Below are positions 1 to 12,824 of a stretch of DNA of 64,000 nucleotides, in pieces. The DNA is taken from NCBI GenBank assembly GCA_040954595.2, contig CM082586.2:6913337-6977336 (forward strand). Reading direction: 5' to 3'. How positions within the stretch are numbered: the first letter of the stretch is position 1; each line of letters begins with the position of its first letter. The stretch comes from Balanoglossus misakiensis (taxonomy: Eukaryota; Animalia; Hemichordata). The notes beneath the pieces are model-generated. The model was given only the letters and a program-made list of their open reading frames with translations. It was not told where the DNA came from and did not search any database. A program made the translations under genes and the position numbers.

Positions 1-7
1 TATAAAG

Positions 8-3000
8 ATGGCGGAGGTGGAGACTGCGAGTACAGGTTCCCCTGGAAACGATGCGTCCAGTGAGGTTACGGAGAAGGCCGAGTCTGTCACCAATGAACAA
101 AGCGTTAACGGTATTGCGAAGATGAACATCTATGATGATGACGACGCTCTACTAACATGTGGCTGGTTTGGTCTGCGTCCTGATTGGATGCAGCGACGCC
201 GCAGTCCCGGGTGGCTGGCTTCGGCTATCAGTTCCCTCATGTTCGTCCAGGGTATCGTGGTGAACGGCTTCGTCTTCATCAATCTATCGACCGTGGAGAC
301 GCGCTTCGGGCTCACCAGCACGTCCACCGGTCTCCTGGTCAGCGCCTACGACCTGACCGTCGTCGTTCTCATCATCTTCGTCTCGTACTTCGGCGCCACT
401 CGGAACAAAGCCCGGATGCTGGGCATCGGCTCGTTCATCATCGGGTTCGGCTCCCTGCTGTGGGCGCTGCCTCACTTCACCACGGGCCTGTACGAGTACG
501 ACGCCGCCTACGGGGACAGCGATACGCTGTGCCGCCCCGGGGAGAACATCACCGATGGGGTGGACTGTGAGGAAGAGTGGCAGTCGCTGGCGTATTATTG
601 GTTCGTCTTTCTATTCGCGCAAATCTTACTGGGCATCGGAGCATCACCTGTCTACACAGTGGGATATGCCTACATGGACGAAAACGTGGGCCACAGAACT
701 TCTTCCTGGTATACTGGTAAGTTGTACATTTATGTGATATTAGCTGTAACATTTAGGTAACTCTCAAATCCACCCATTCATCCAACCAGGATTCCCGCAA
801 GCTGACCGGCTTGTCAGTCACTCAGTCAACAATACACAATATGTATTTGGGACAAGTCAGCAATCGTTGTTCCTATTAAACTTTCGTTCTGTCTTTCTCG
901 CCCATTCTCTGTGTGTCCCACTCCAAGACTCCATCCCCACTCTGAAAATGTTTCTTTCCACTTGCATATACACACAGGCATCTTGTCAGCGTTTTCCATC
1001 CTTGGTCCGTGCACCGGATTTCTTCTTGGCGCCTTCTTCCTCGGCATCTACACCGACATACGGGTGGCCGACGAGTAAGTATATGATGTCACCATGCGAC
1101 TTGCACGACGGCAGATCGCCAAAGTTTTAGCCGAGGCGCGGTCTCTCCACGCGCGTTGGAGTGGCTGTGGCTAAGGCACTCAAATGGACCCGCGCTTCGA
1201 TATCTGCCACGCTCTTATGTGTCTTTAGTACTTTTAATTTTTACGAACATGGCGATGCTGATTGCAGAGGCGGCGGTAGTGACGACGGTGAAGACTTGAT
1301 AATTTTTCAGAACGATGATGGCGTTTAATTCAAATTTCTTGGTGACTCTTTTCTTTCAGAGTAACAATAACGCCAGAAGACCCATCCTGGGTGGGGGCGT
1401 GGTGGCTAGGATTTCTCCTGGGTTGGATATTGGCATGGATCGTAGCGCCTGTCATGGGAGCATTTCCACCAGCCTTACCAGGTCAGTCTAAACTTTGAAC
1501 CTTACGAATCTGAGTACAAAATGCTCTCTGTTCAACTTCTGGCACGGGGACTGTCATTGGTACCGCCTCAGAACATGATTCACGTGACTGGCTGACTTTA
1601 ATTCTATCCTCTGCAATGTCTTTAACGCAGGCCAAAAAGAAATCCAGAAAGAACGCCAATCCCAGGCTCACTTCAGCGAGAGTGCTGAATCGACGGTTAC
1701 AAGAGCCGGCTTCGGCGAAGGCTGGAGAGATCTCTGGCCAGCCACGAAGATATTGCTGAAAAATCCGCCGTTTGTCTTCATCTGCCTGACGAAAGCTATG
1801 TTGATGTTCATCATCGGCGGATTCACGCCGTTCATCCCAAAGTTTTTGGAGAACCAGTTCGGCCTGACGTCATCAGCCGCAGCACTACTGCTAGGTGGGT
1901 AGACTTTGTATACTAATTTTACAAATTCTGACCAAATAATGAATTCAATACATATATTGCGAATCTCGCAGGCGCGTATGTTCACTGTATGCATACCAGA
2001 AGTGACGTATTTCATCATGTTATTCCTGAAATACAATTTTACGCTAGCAGCCAATGTTTGATTTGCACTATATTTTGTACACTCAACCCCTCAAAATTAT
2101 CACCTGCTCTAACACAACTGCAGAAGTCACTCTGGCATATAGCACAGAGGATACGACTGGTTTGAAACCAATCTGAGGAGCGCAAAGGGCGCCGCTACTT
2201 ATGATTTAACGCGCTCCCTTTGTTTTTAGGCGCGACATCAATACCAGGGGCAGCTGGCGGCACCCTGATTGGAGGCTGGGTGCTTAAAAAATACAACCTG
2301 AAAGTCAAAGGGATGCTGAAGTTTTCCATTGGCATCGGTTTGGTGACGTTGTGTCTGACGCCAATATTCATGCTCCGCTGCCCGGAGAACCAAGTGGCGG
2401 GGGTAGTCACGCCGTACGACCCAACCGAGTGAGTCATTTTCGAAAGATTTGATTTGATACATTAGACAAAGAAACTAAGGGACCGTTCAGTTTTTACGGC
2501 CGGGGGGGGGGGCGGCAAGTTTGTGTCATCGGTTTTCAAAATCAGGCCGACCCCCCCCCTTCACCCAGGACCAAAAAATGATGACCCCTCCCTTTTGGAC
2601 TTCAAAATTTAAGTGCCCCCCCCCCCCTGGATTTTGCCGCCCCCCCCCCCCCCGGCCGTAAAAACTGAACGGTCCCTAAATGAAAAATTCAATATATTAC
2701 ACTAATCAAAAGACATGTAATGTCATTAGGAAGCGGCTTGGCATTCTTAAACTCGCGCAATAGTGGTACATGTACTTATATATGGAGGGCTAAAATCACA
2801 AATACGATCGACTAAACCACAGCGGCAGGTGAATTTTGTTTCCATTTCCTTCCACACAGGGAAGGTCGACCTGATCCAGTGAATCTCACGCATGCGTGCA
2901 ACGCCGATTGTCAGTGCGCGGGAACTGAGACCTACCAACCAGTTTGCGGCGCCAACGATCTAGTTTATTTTGACGCTTGTTATGCGGGTTGCAGGAATAC

Positions 3001-4252
3001 CCCGGATAGTGGAGAGGTAGAGATTCGCTTGTTTACACCAGCGATCGACCTTTCCTCGCACTTTTTGTGCAGCCATTCTCAAAGTAGATGTATGGAACAC
3101 TTGTCCCAATTCAGCCTAATCCGCTCGCGCTCTGTTGGCTTATCATGTCAAAAATAAATACAGTACATTAATGATAAGTTTGGTACGAGTTGAGTGAACG
3201 CGTTCAGATTAGTGTGCTTCTCAAATTTCTTTTCAGACATATTACAACTGCAGCTGCATTTACACAGACGACAGTGATTCGCCGGAAGCCGAGTCTGGTT
3301 ACTGCACGAGCGATTGCTGGCAACTTCCGGTGTTTACAGTTTTCTTCTTCCTACTAATGTTACTGGGTTTCATGTTATTAGCGCCGAACACAGTTCTCAG
3401 TTTGAGGTAAGGTGAATTGTAAAACCACATTTACATAATGTGATCAAACAACAAAACGGCGAAAATAAACACTTTGAAGTCATTTTCCTGACATGAATGT
3501 ATAGTATGTAAAAACACTCTTCGAGGAAAGGAGATTTAACTGTTCCAAGTTGGGAGATGCTGACGCCGTTTGATGTTATTATTCCTACACTTTTCTGCAG
3601 GTGCGTTCCTGATTCTCAACGATCGTATGGTCTTGGTATAGCCTCCATCATCTATCGGTTGTGTGGTGAGTAATTTTGCAACGACGTACATGTGTATCCT
3701 TGCGCTGCCGATGACTACACAATGCGAAAACCTTTCGCCATGCCAAAGTCCCTCTATTGTAATAGAGGGACTGTGGAAAAAAACACGTAAAGAATAATTA
3801 CAAGGAAAATTTAAAATGTATAAACGAACAACATTTCTCATTTGTACGCCACAGGAAGTGTTCCAGGGCCCATCATTATTGGCGCGGTTGTCGACAGCTC
3901 GTGCATCGTTTGGCAAGAAATCTGTGGCGAACGAGGCAGCTGCTGGATTTACGACAACTTCATGTTCGCGCTGAAATTCTTCATCCTGGGTTTTTCCGGG
4001 TTCCTGCTTACGATCCTCCTCCTTGTTGCCACCCTTTTTGTCTACAAACCGCCTCCAGAAGAAGCAATGGAGGATGAAAACACACAGGCCGCAGAGAATG
4101 GGGAGACAGAGCCGAAGGACGGCGTGACGTCACCGCCCGAGCGGACTATGGAAGAGGAAACAAAGATGGCGACCATCCAACGCGAAACCAGCACGATATC
4201 GCTTTTAGGTTACACCAAACGAGACCCAGACGAAACTGTTCTCGTAAACTAA
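8..4252 (+). CDS. Organic anion transporting polypeptide (SLCO/OATP, SLCO4-like), 9 coding exons: 8-716, 978-1074, 1360-1481, 1631-1894, 2230-2428, 2860-3016, 3237-3406, 3601-3665, 3855-4252
   Basis: GT-AG exons join in frame; OATP signature DPSWVGAWWLGFL in exon 3; Kazal-like loop CNADCQC..YQPVCGANDLVYFDACYAGC; CIVWQEICGERGSCWIYDN motif near the C-terminus; many TM helices. Confidence 0.95.
2479..2676. mobile_element. PIF/Harbinger (Tourist-like) MITE in SLCO intron 5
   Basis: TIRs gggaccgttcagtttttacggcc(G)n / (C)nggccgtaaaaactgaacggtccc flanked by TAA on both sides (2476-2478, 2677-2679). Confidence 0.85.
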
Positions 4253-5702
4253 ACAACTGCAGCACACACGAGTTATGTTAGACGGTGAAAAATGAAACAA
4301 GAATCTAAGATACAATTCTTGATCTATATGCCTGGATGAATAATAGTACATGTACAAGTTTACGACCTCCATCAACGTAAATGGTATAGACTGTACGGCC
4401 CGGAGTGTACATAAAAATAGTTCGTGAACTATCTTTTTTACCAGTTTTGTAATTTGATTGCAAAGGCAATTGTAGAATATTTCTCAGACACGTTTAGTAA
4501 GACTTTTATACGAAATGAAGAAAATTGTTTCAGGTATTATGTGTGAGACCTCCAAAGAATTGTTGCTACAGTTGGATATTGGGGCGGTCAATAACACCTT
4601 CCACGTCACAACTGGCACTGAGTAACCGACATGTCGGTCAAATTTGCATTTTAATTGAAATGGTGTTTTCAGCATTTTAAGAGATCCGCTGCTGACCTTA
4701 ATTGTATTTTTACCAGGTGCTGGTAGTTTCAATTACATTATGGCCTCCACGTCGACAATTTGGTGGAGAGGGGGCATTGTCCGGGGGGGGGGGGGTCGGT
4801 TGTAACTGGAGGCGGGGGAATTTGGGAGGGTCTCATTCTACAAACCTATTTTTTATTGAGTGTCACCCTTTAAAATTGGAAAGATTATAACGATCCCATC
4901 CTGTAATACTCACACATTTTTTTAACCTTTTCAGCGCAATTGAATTGCTGTTGTTTATTAGACTGTCATTTTCCAATAAAGATGTCATTGCACTATGCCA
5001 TAGTTTGGTGCTAAGCTAACTACCAGGAGTGAAAGTACAGAGACACAAATGCGGAGCGGGAGTTGGCGTCACAGAGGGATTGAACTCATTAACTCGTGCA
5101 ATTTAAATGTCACTTAAACATCGTAGAAATACAACTTGCACTTTCTGTAAACCTTCACCAAGGCTGGGGAGAAACGAATCATGCAGTTACTCTTCTATTC
5201 CTACAGTTGTCATAATGATCGTGACGTGCACACTCACTTAGCAAAAAAGACACACATTAATATTCAAATAAACTCTAGATTTTCCCTTGACGGTACCACC
5301 ATGTCCGATCGCAATAACGACTTCACATCGAAACACTATAGTACATGTATTAGATAGGTTAAAGTTAAATTCCAACCTCCGCCCATAGGGATCTCCATCA
5401 GATAGAGCAATTGATGAAATACGCTGTCCTAATGGAGCAGAGCATATTATATGTTGTGACATATGGATGCATTTATGGCTAGTCCACAAATTCGGGTTTT
5501 CTACATGATCAACGCAAGTTCTGAAATTTACTGTCTCCCACTGTTTGTAGATTAAGTTTATGAAAATACTGAAGAAGTCGAATCATAGACGTCATAGTGG
5601 AACTTAAGAGCAAATTGAAAGTATGAGTAAAATTATACTATATCTTAGCTTTACATTCTTTTCTTCACTGTTTCACTAGTGGTCGAATCCAAAAGATTTT
5701 TG

Positions 5703-5863
<161 letters not shown>

Positions 5864-6230
5864 TACCACGCAAAAGCCTCTCAACATTAACACATTAAGG
5901 CTAAATTAATGAAAATCTAAACCTGTGACCTCGACCTGGATATATTTTGTTATTATTTATGGGATGATCGGACTTCTTGTTTTCAAAAACAAGGTTTTCA
6001 TATCCGGGCGCTGGAAACGGTAGCTACCTGGAAAACCTCGAAAATGTTGTTTTTAGAACTCATCCTGGCAGCTCATAATTAATTGCCATGGACTAAATTT
6101 GTTTTTACAAAGGTGCGAAAACCTTAATATCTTTGTCGCAAAAGTCCTTCGTTTATCATTTTTTGGTCCCAAAATAATTCAGGTTTTCTGAAAATGTCAA
6201 GTACCCTCATAATCAACGAAATGTGGGTTT

Positions 6231-6340
6231 TATATAAAGTCTCTCTACCAGATAAGTTAAACAGCATCCATCGCACTTAGTTAATTGAGAAGCACCTGCA
6301 GAACACACGAAGAACGTCTACCCCCCTGCCAAACGGTTGG
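6231..6340 (+). promoter_or_regulatory. Probable TATA box and non-coding first exon of the C-type lectin gene
   Basis: tatataaa at 6231-6238; donor gtaagt at 6341; acceptor ttctag ending 6672, 16 nt before the ATG. Confidence 0.55.
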
Positions 6341-6688
6341 GTAAGTACTTAGAAACTACGAAGATGATCAGAAATATCTTAGTAAACATGACTTTGTGAT
6401 TTATACCTATGACGTCATAATTGTAAAAGTAATTTCTTTTTTAATAGTTACTCTAAAGAAGTATGCATCCGTTTAGTGCTGAATGTCAGAGAACACCATA
6501 TTGCGCAGTGACAGTTTTGTCTCTAAAAATTGCCCCCGTATTGAAGGAGTACCCCTCTTTAGGCATAGTCATGATTAGTTTAGTTACTTTCATTGTTATA
6601 ATTAGTTTAGTTACTTTCATTGTTACTTTCATCATATGCAAGACCCAAAGACACAACCTTTTCTCATTCTAGATCAAGAAACGTCAAA

Positions 6689-7032
6689 ATGAAGAGTGTG
6701 ATTGCGCTCCTGTCGTGTATGGTGTTCGCCACCACCATGGCAGCCAGTAAGTAAACGTTGCAGTTGCTTTATGATATACATTATTATTTTTGATATGTAT
6801 TTGAGAGCCTAGTATGTATGTATGTATGTATGTATGTATGTATGTATGTATGTATGTATGTATGTATGTATGTATGTATGTATGTATGTATGTATGTATG
6901 TATGTATGTATGTATGTATGTATGTATGTATGTATGTATGTATGTATGTATGTATGTATGTATGTATGTATGTATGTATGTATGTATGTATGTATGTATG
7001 TATGTATGTATGTATGTATGTATGTATGTATG

Positions 7033-7063
<31 letters not shown>

Positions 7064-7119
7064 TATGTATGTATGTAATATGTATGTATGTAATATGTAT
7101 GTATGTATGTATGTATGTA

Positions 7120-7150
<31 letters not shown>

Positions 7151-8367
7151 TGTATGTATGTATGTATGTATGTATGTATGTATGTATGTATGTATGTATG
7201 TATGTATGTATGTATGTATGTATGTATGTATGTATGTATGTATGTACGTATGTACGTATGTACGTATGTATGTATCTATGTATGTCTCTGTATGTGCAGG
7301 CGCAGGCGCTATTGCTATTTTTTCCTCGTTTTCTGTTTACAGATTGCCCACCTGGATGGATTAAGTTCGGAACAAGCTGTTACTACAGCAGCCCATACCA
7401 AATGTACACTTTTGACGATGCACAGACAGTGTGTGAAGGAATGCGAAGTAATTTGGTGTCGGTCAATGACGCTGACGAGAACATTTTCATTAAACGTAAG
7501 ACTTAGCTGTGACTATATGCGGGGATCTGTTTCACAGACCTGCACGTTCATTGACATGCTTTGTTTCCGATGTTACATGCTAAAGAATGTACAAACGTGA
7601 ACCTTCCCTAAGGGAACATTAGCTGCCAACTTTTGGCTTTGTTTTCGGTACTTGTGTTCTGTGTACAAGTATACCACGACCTCAGTCATGTAGCCCGTAT
7701 CTGTTCTCTCTCTTAGAATTCACAAGGCAAGCGTACCACATTTGGATTGGTCTCGATGATAGGGCATCCGAAAACAACTGGCAGTGGCTGGACGGGTCTG
7801 AGGTAAGTTCAGAGGATATGTGACGATCGGTCAGAAATGACCATTAAACCATTCACACATAATAATTTATGCCAGTATTTGAGTTGAACGTTTCAGAAAC
7901 CTTTCAATAGTCACTGTGTGTACACCATATTACACATCCGATTCAAATCATTGCAAACACCGTGTCATTCCTGGACCTTAAAGCTTAAAGGTATACGGTC
8001 ACCTATGCAAATATAGCTACAGTTACCATGGCAAATTGAGATCTAACCAATCACAGATTTTCAGTGGGTGGCACACGCGAAAGAAGAGCGCCACCATATG
8101 TTCTTTAGAACTCTCAAATACGCCATTTCAGCCATATATGGGCGTATGTAAATTGGAGGTGACTGTATACCTTTAATACATGTATGTTGTACCCTTCTTG
8201 TCCAGTTGACGTACACGAACTGGAATCCCGGTGAGCCAAACAACGCTGGTAACCTTGAGCACTGCGCTCACATGTATCTGGGCTTAGACGGAAGATGGAA
8301 CGATTTCCCTTGTAGCATTCGCATGGGATTTGTCTGCGAAAGGAAGGTGTTCGACAGAACTGAATAA
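6689..8367 (+). CDS. Secreted single-domain C-type lectin (perlucin/echinoidin-like), exons 6689-6746, 7343-7495, 7717-7802, 8206-8367
   Basis: Signal peptide [19 protein letters not shown]; CPPGW..SCY; WIGL; EPN and WND carbohydrate/Ca2+ motifs; FVCE; in-frame GT-AG splicing. Confidence 0.93.
6812..7285. repeat. (GTAT)n microsatellite filling most of a lectin intron
   Basis: ~470 bp tetranucleotide array with a few interruptions and a degenerate 3' end. Confidence 0.99.
7989..8172. mobile_element. Non-autonomous TTAA-flanked element (Kolobok-like) in a lectin intron
   Basis: TTAA|aggtatacggtcacct ... aggtgactgtatacct|TTAA; AG..CT termini; related copies at ~9462-9652, ~53204-53389 and ~53575-53651. 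Confidence 0.75.
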
Positions 8368-8427
8368 AGGTAGGTCACGTGAGAGTAGCCGCACAAGAAA
8401 CGTTCGTTCCTCCTTTAACAAGTGCCC

Positions 8428-8782
8428 TAGACAAATGCTCCAAGTCTAAGGGCTTCGTTATTTCGTAATATATAAATTTCAAAAAATTGTTCCGAGTCTC
8501 CCTATGTAGCGTGTGTGGAGTAAAAGACAGCGAGTTCAGTGTCTAGGAAATGCGTAGGCTTGGTCGACGCATGGAGGTACTAGGGAGTACCTCCATGGTC
8601 GACGCTACCCGAAACCATGAGCTCAGTCCCAAATTCGAAACTCACCTCACTACCAGAAACACGCTCAAGGCAAACATGCACACAAAAAGTATTGAGATTA
8701 TTTATAAAGACAAAAAATCACCGCAAACACACACACAGTATTGAGATTCCAAAAATCACCAAGCGACTAGTGGGCTAGTCTA
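8428..8782. mobile_element. Non-autonomous element with TAGAC..GTCTA ends and 9-bp TSD
   Basis: caagtgccc at 8419-8427 and 8783-8791 flanks tagac...gtcta. Confidence 0.65.
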
Positions 8783-10949
8783 CAAGTGCCCTCGAAATAG
8801 CTTTATCGATATAATGTAATAAAACTAAAATGGCCGTGACAAAAATTCATTTCCGGAGCAGAAGACGGCAAAGGGGTAACATAATCATGGAAATGGGCAA
8901 CAGTATGCCATTTAGCAACGGTGGTACATCCCTAAATGTATGCATGTCACACGATTAAACCTGGACATAACATTTTACCTCCATCCGGTCTTTCAGATCC
9001 TTGATGCAGAGACCCTGAGCACGAACACGATGTGGAAAAGAAAATTACTCGTTACATTTGCACCAGTTTTTCTCGGAGAACAATTCTTGACATTTAACCC
9101 ACGTCACGCCTGTTAGCATTATTTTTTTCATATATTTCACTTCTTGGAATGTTATTTCATGTTACGTTATATTCTTATTATTATCTTTATTATATGCTAT
9201 TATAATTTCAACTGCCGATATGCATGTTAATGAAGAATGTCAAATAACTTGAGCTTATTTAAATAGTGTAGTTCATCGAAGTCACCGTTCACTTGGCTGT
9301 GAATTATGTTCATTTTCTTGTCCGCATCTGTAAGTTAGGAGTTCGTGCAAATGACAAATAAAAATGCTCCAATGAAACACACTTAGTGTCAGGTTTAGTT
9401 TTTTTGCTAAAATTGCCGAAGCTGGTTCTTGCCAAATATTTCAGCCTTGCTTTGTCACTAGTTAAGAGCTTACAGTCGCGCGTGCAAATTTATGCACAGT
9501 TACCATGGAAAGAGGCGGTGCAGCCAATCGCAGGTTTCCACCCAGAAGGCCACGGGAAGAGTGCGCCACCACACGGTTATAGTAGAAGACTGAGACACGC
9601 CCCTCTAACCATACATGGACATGTGTAATTTAGGAGTGAATGTCCACTTCAACTTGAGTAATCTCCCTGGAGAGGCTTCATCCAGCCCTCACAGAAAACA
9701 TACAGACAAGCGCAACTGCGCTCCTTGGACCGTTCACTTTTCACCCACTACACACACTTTCTGGTCGACCATATCCCATCAGACCTTGCGACACAAGAGA
9801 ATCATTGCCAGGCAAAGCACTGCGACATACGTACAACTCGTCGAATTTCGGCAAATTATATTAAAACACAGTCATAGCGCGTCAACGAAGAAAGAACAAC
9901 TCCAACCACGATAACCTCATCCTGGCCATAAAACAACAAGCGTGAAAATACCTGAGCGACATTACTGCATGGTCACTGACAATTCACGACTTCAAAATCT
10001 ACCAAAACAATCAGCAATCTCGATCTTGATGGCCTCCCATAGAGAGATGTGGTTGTGTACAATGGCGATATGAAAACTCACACCAACAGAGCTATTTTAA
10101 TATGTGTGAGGTCATATTGATTGTTAACAAGGTCAGGTGATGTCAACCTATCGCAGCCTTGGAAACAAGAATGGTAAACATGGAGTTCGTGATATTTTCC
10201 CGCCATCATACAAGGCAACTTTATTTATATGACCATCTATAATAGAGAGGAGTTTAAATCACTTGCTAAAATACTGTACTGTATTTGGGAACAAAATTTT
10301 AAAAATTGTTTTAACAAAAAAGTATAAACGCACGATGAGCTACAACCGACTGAGGGCATATTTATCAACGAGTTCGTTACAGATAGCGACCGATACTGAG
10401 ATGCAGAAGTAGGCATGTAAATAAGCTCGCGAAAATTGTCCGTCCCAGAGATAATATTTGTATATCTGTGTGGCGTCATTCGTTCAAGCTTCTAAGGGAG
10501 TCTTTGTTCGCATTACGGCCCAGTACAGCTTTTCAGAAACGCCACAAGTTCTAATTCCATTGCATTGTGGGTAACAGATACAGGAACGCCTTAAAACAGC
10601 CACGTGTCCTAATCTACTGTCTTCTTAATGAACCATCCTGGTATTTCAGTTTCCCAATACTTCGTCTGACTGTACACACGTCATACAGCAAACCTCGGTT
10701 CTTCACAGGGAATAAGACCAAGTCTTGGTCTCATATGCGAAAGACATGGTATAAATTGAGATATCCAGACATGATGTCTGCCATGCGTCGATGAAATTTC
10801 CGTCACTGCAGATACGATCAGACTATTAAACTCGGAGTACTGAAGTCATCCCTGTTCTGGACTTGCCTTGTGATGCTTGGTGATAGATGGGAGCATGAGA
10901 TAGATTCGGGTACGGGGTAACTATACGTGTAACGAGAACTCGCTCATCT

Positions 10950-11285
10950 TTACTGTCGTCCCATCGATTGCGACGGCGGCCCCGGGCTCTCCCTCAACTC
11001 CTGGCCTTCCTGTATCAGAGAACAGCACGGGCAGAAACAGTGGTAGACCATATCGCCCACCGGCGTCCCTACAATGTCCCGCTCGTCTCGAATCATAGTG
11101 CGCACTTTGCCCTGGCAGATCATGTACGCTATGGGCAGAAAGAACAGCAGGCAGTGGAGGGGGAACGGTTTACCGACGGCCCTGGCGTTCCGCCCCGCCG
11201 TTATACACGGCAAGAAGAAGGTAAAAACACACAGACCCACGTCGCCGAAGCATCCGAAGAGACCGTAACTCCACAGCTTAGGCAT
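10950..11285 (-). CDS. PLAC8/cornifelin-like cysteine-rich protein, copy 1 (intronless CDS, 111 aa)
   Basis: WSYGLFGCFGD..LC..FFLPC..G.NA; R..IR....I.G....D...HCFCPCCSLIQE..EL, the PLAC8 domain pattern; ATG at 11285. Confidence 0.93.
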   Translation of the reverse strand: MPKLWSYGLFGCFGDVGLCVFTFFLPCITAGRNARAVGKPFPLHCLLFFLPIAYMICQGKVRTMIRDERDIVGTPVGDMVYHCFCPCCSLIQEGQELRESPGPPSQSMGRQ

Positions 11286-12491
11286 TGTTTTCAGTTTTCT
11301 CCGATCCGTTGCGGGTATGGACAAGTGAACGAAGGCTGAGATGACACACACTCTTGCTGTACCGAGCTGGACAAATATGAGAAGTTTGGGAGAATGCGCA
11401 AGACTGACTACAAGCCGTCGTTGAGAGACACACCCATAGCACTAGTAAAATTTTAATGGTGTCATCTAGATCAATATTAATGATTAAATACGGTACAGGA
11501 TTACTGTATAACTACACTTTAAACAAAACTCGGCAACAGACAAGGTTAGAATTCAAACTTTCAGTGTCACGTGTTTCTGTAAATGGCCACCAACGTTTCA
11601 TTGAGTGACATCTAGTCATTTTATCAAGTCGTTTTACTATTCCTTTACACTTTCACTTTATACAATGTGAATCAAGAACCAGCTGTAGAGATAACTTCGA
11701 CACCATAAAAACTAAGAAAATATCCAAGAACAAAAACAACTAAAACAGGTCTTGAGCACCACAAGAATTTCAAAAATACACGAGACACGAGTCTATCCCA
11801 GCATGCATTTCCTTTCCTGACATAATCAGACCACGGTGAAATTAAGGCATAGCAGCGCGAACCAAAGAAATGACAGTATCATAATTAATGTTTAATATTT
11901 AACAGAATGGAAAGTCATTTACTATCACAGAGCACCAAAAAGAGCATTTTCTACGTAAACATGAGGTTAACATTTCGTGTGTAACTCCCTACATGCAGGT
12001 TTCCGAAACGAAATGAAAGTAAAAGTGGAATTTTACGGAGTAAAACCTTTGGTCCAAAAAGAGAAAGTTTTACTAAAATCGCAATACATGTAAATAACCT
12101 CGATGCAATTGATAATGATTTGTCGGTACCTAGGCTTAATGGTGTGATCGAACTATTAAAACATGCATGTACATGCCAGCGAACAGAGTTGGGATCAAAG
12201 TTCATAGGTCAATTAATCCGGTCCTGAGATCAGCAGCTCGCCTACAATCACGATGTGTACTGCCATATATTGAACAAGAAACACAAATCTAGCATGCATT
12301 GTGGCGTCGATAAAGACGTGATCGACTTTGCACACAAGATGATGCCGTTGAAACCATTGTCTCTGTATCCAAAACTCGGACGGTGCGATGATTGTCAATG
12401 TAACTGAGAGCAAAGTCGCCAGTAAATCACAACTCGAGTCTAAATCCGACGTGTGACCTCTATCCCTCCAGTCGCATGCGAGTCTCAAAAC

Positions 12492-12824
12492 TCAACTCCG
12501 CGCCACAGACTGCACGACGGGCCCCGGGAACTCCATCAGTTCCCGCGCCTCCTGAATCAGCGAGCAGCACGGACAGAAACAGTGGGCGACCATGTCGCCC
12601 GCGGGCGTCCCGACAATGTCTCTCTCCTCTCTGATCAGCGTTCGCACTCTACCCTGGCAGATCATGTACGCCACGGGCACGAACAAGAGGAGGCAGTGGA
12701 GAACGAACGGCTTGCCCATCGCCTCGGCGTTCCGCCCCGCTGTAACGCACGGCAAAAAGTAGGTGAAGACGCACAGACCGATGTCTCCGAAGCACCCGCA
12801 AATGCCATAACTCCAGGGCTTCAT
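12492..12824 (-). CDS. PLAC8/cornifelin-like protein, copy 2 (intronless CDS, 110 aa)
   Basis: Same domain pattern; first ATG at 12824 (MKPWSYGICGCFGD..HCFCPCCSLIQEAREL). Confidence 0.93.
   Translation of the reverse strand: MKPWSYGICGCFGDIGLCVFTYFLPCVTAGRNAEAMGKPFVLHCLLLFVPVAYMICQGRVRTLIREERDIVGTPAGDMVAHCFCPCCSLIQEARELMEFPGPVVQSVARS

Noticed and set aside
1378-1420. OATP signature reads DPSWVGAWW rather than D-x-RW
   Set aside because: This position varies among OATP4-type proteins, so it is not evidence of pseudogenisation
4760-4910. G-rich stretch resembling the 2479 MITE
   Set aside because: No matching TIR pair or TSD could be defined
6814-7600. Long (MYVC)n ORFs in three frames
   Set aside because: Stop-free (GTAT)n intronic microsatellite; only 7343-7495 is a real exon
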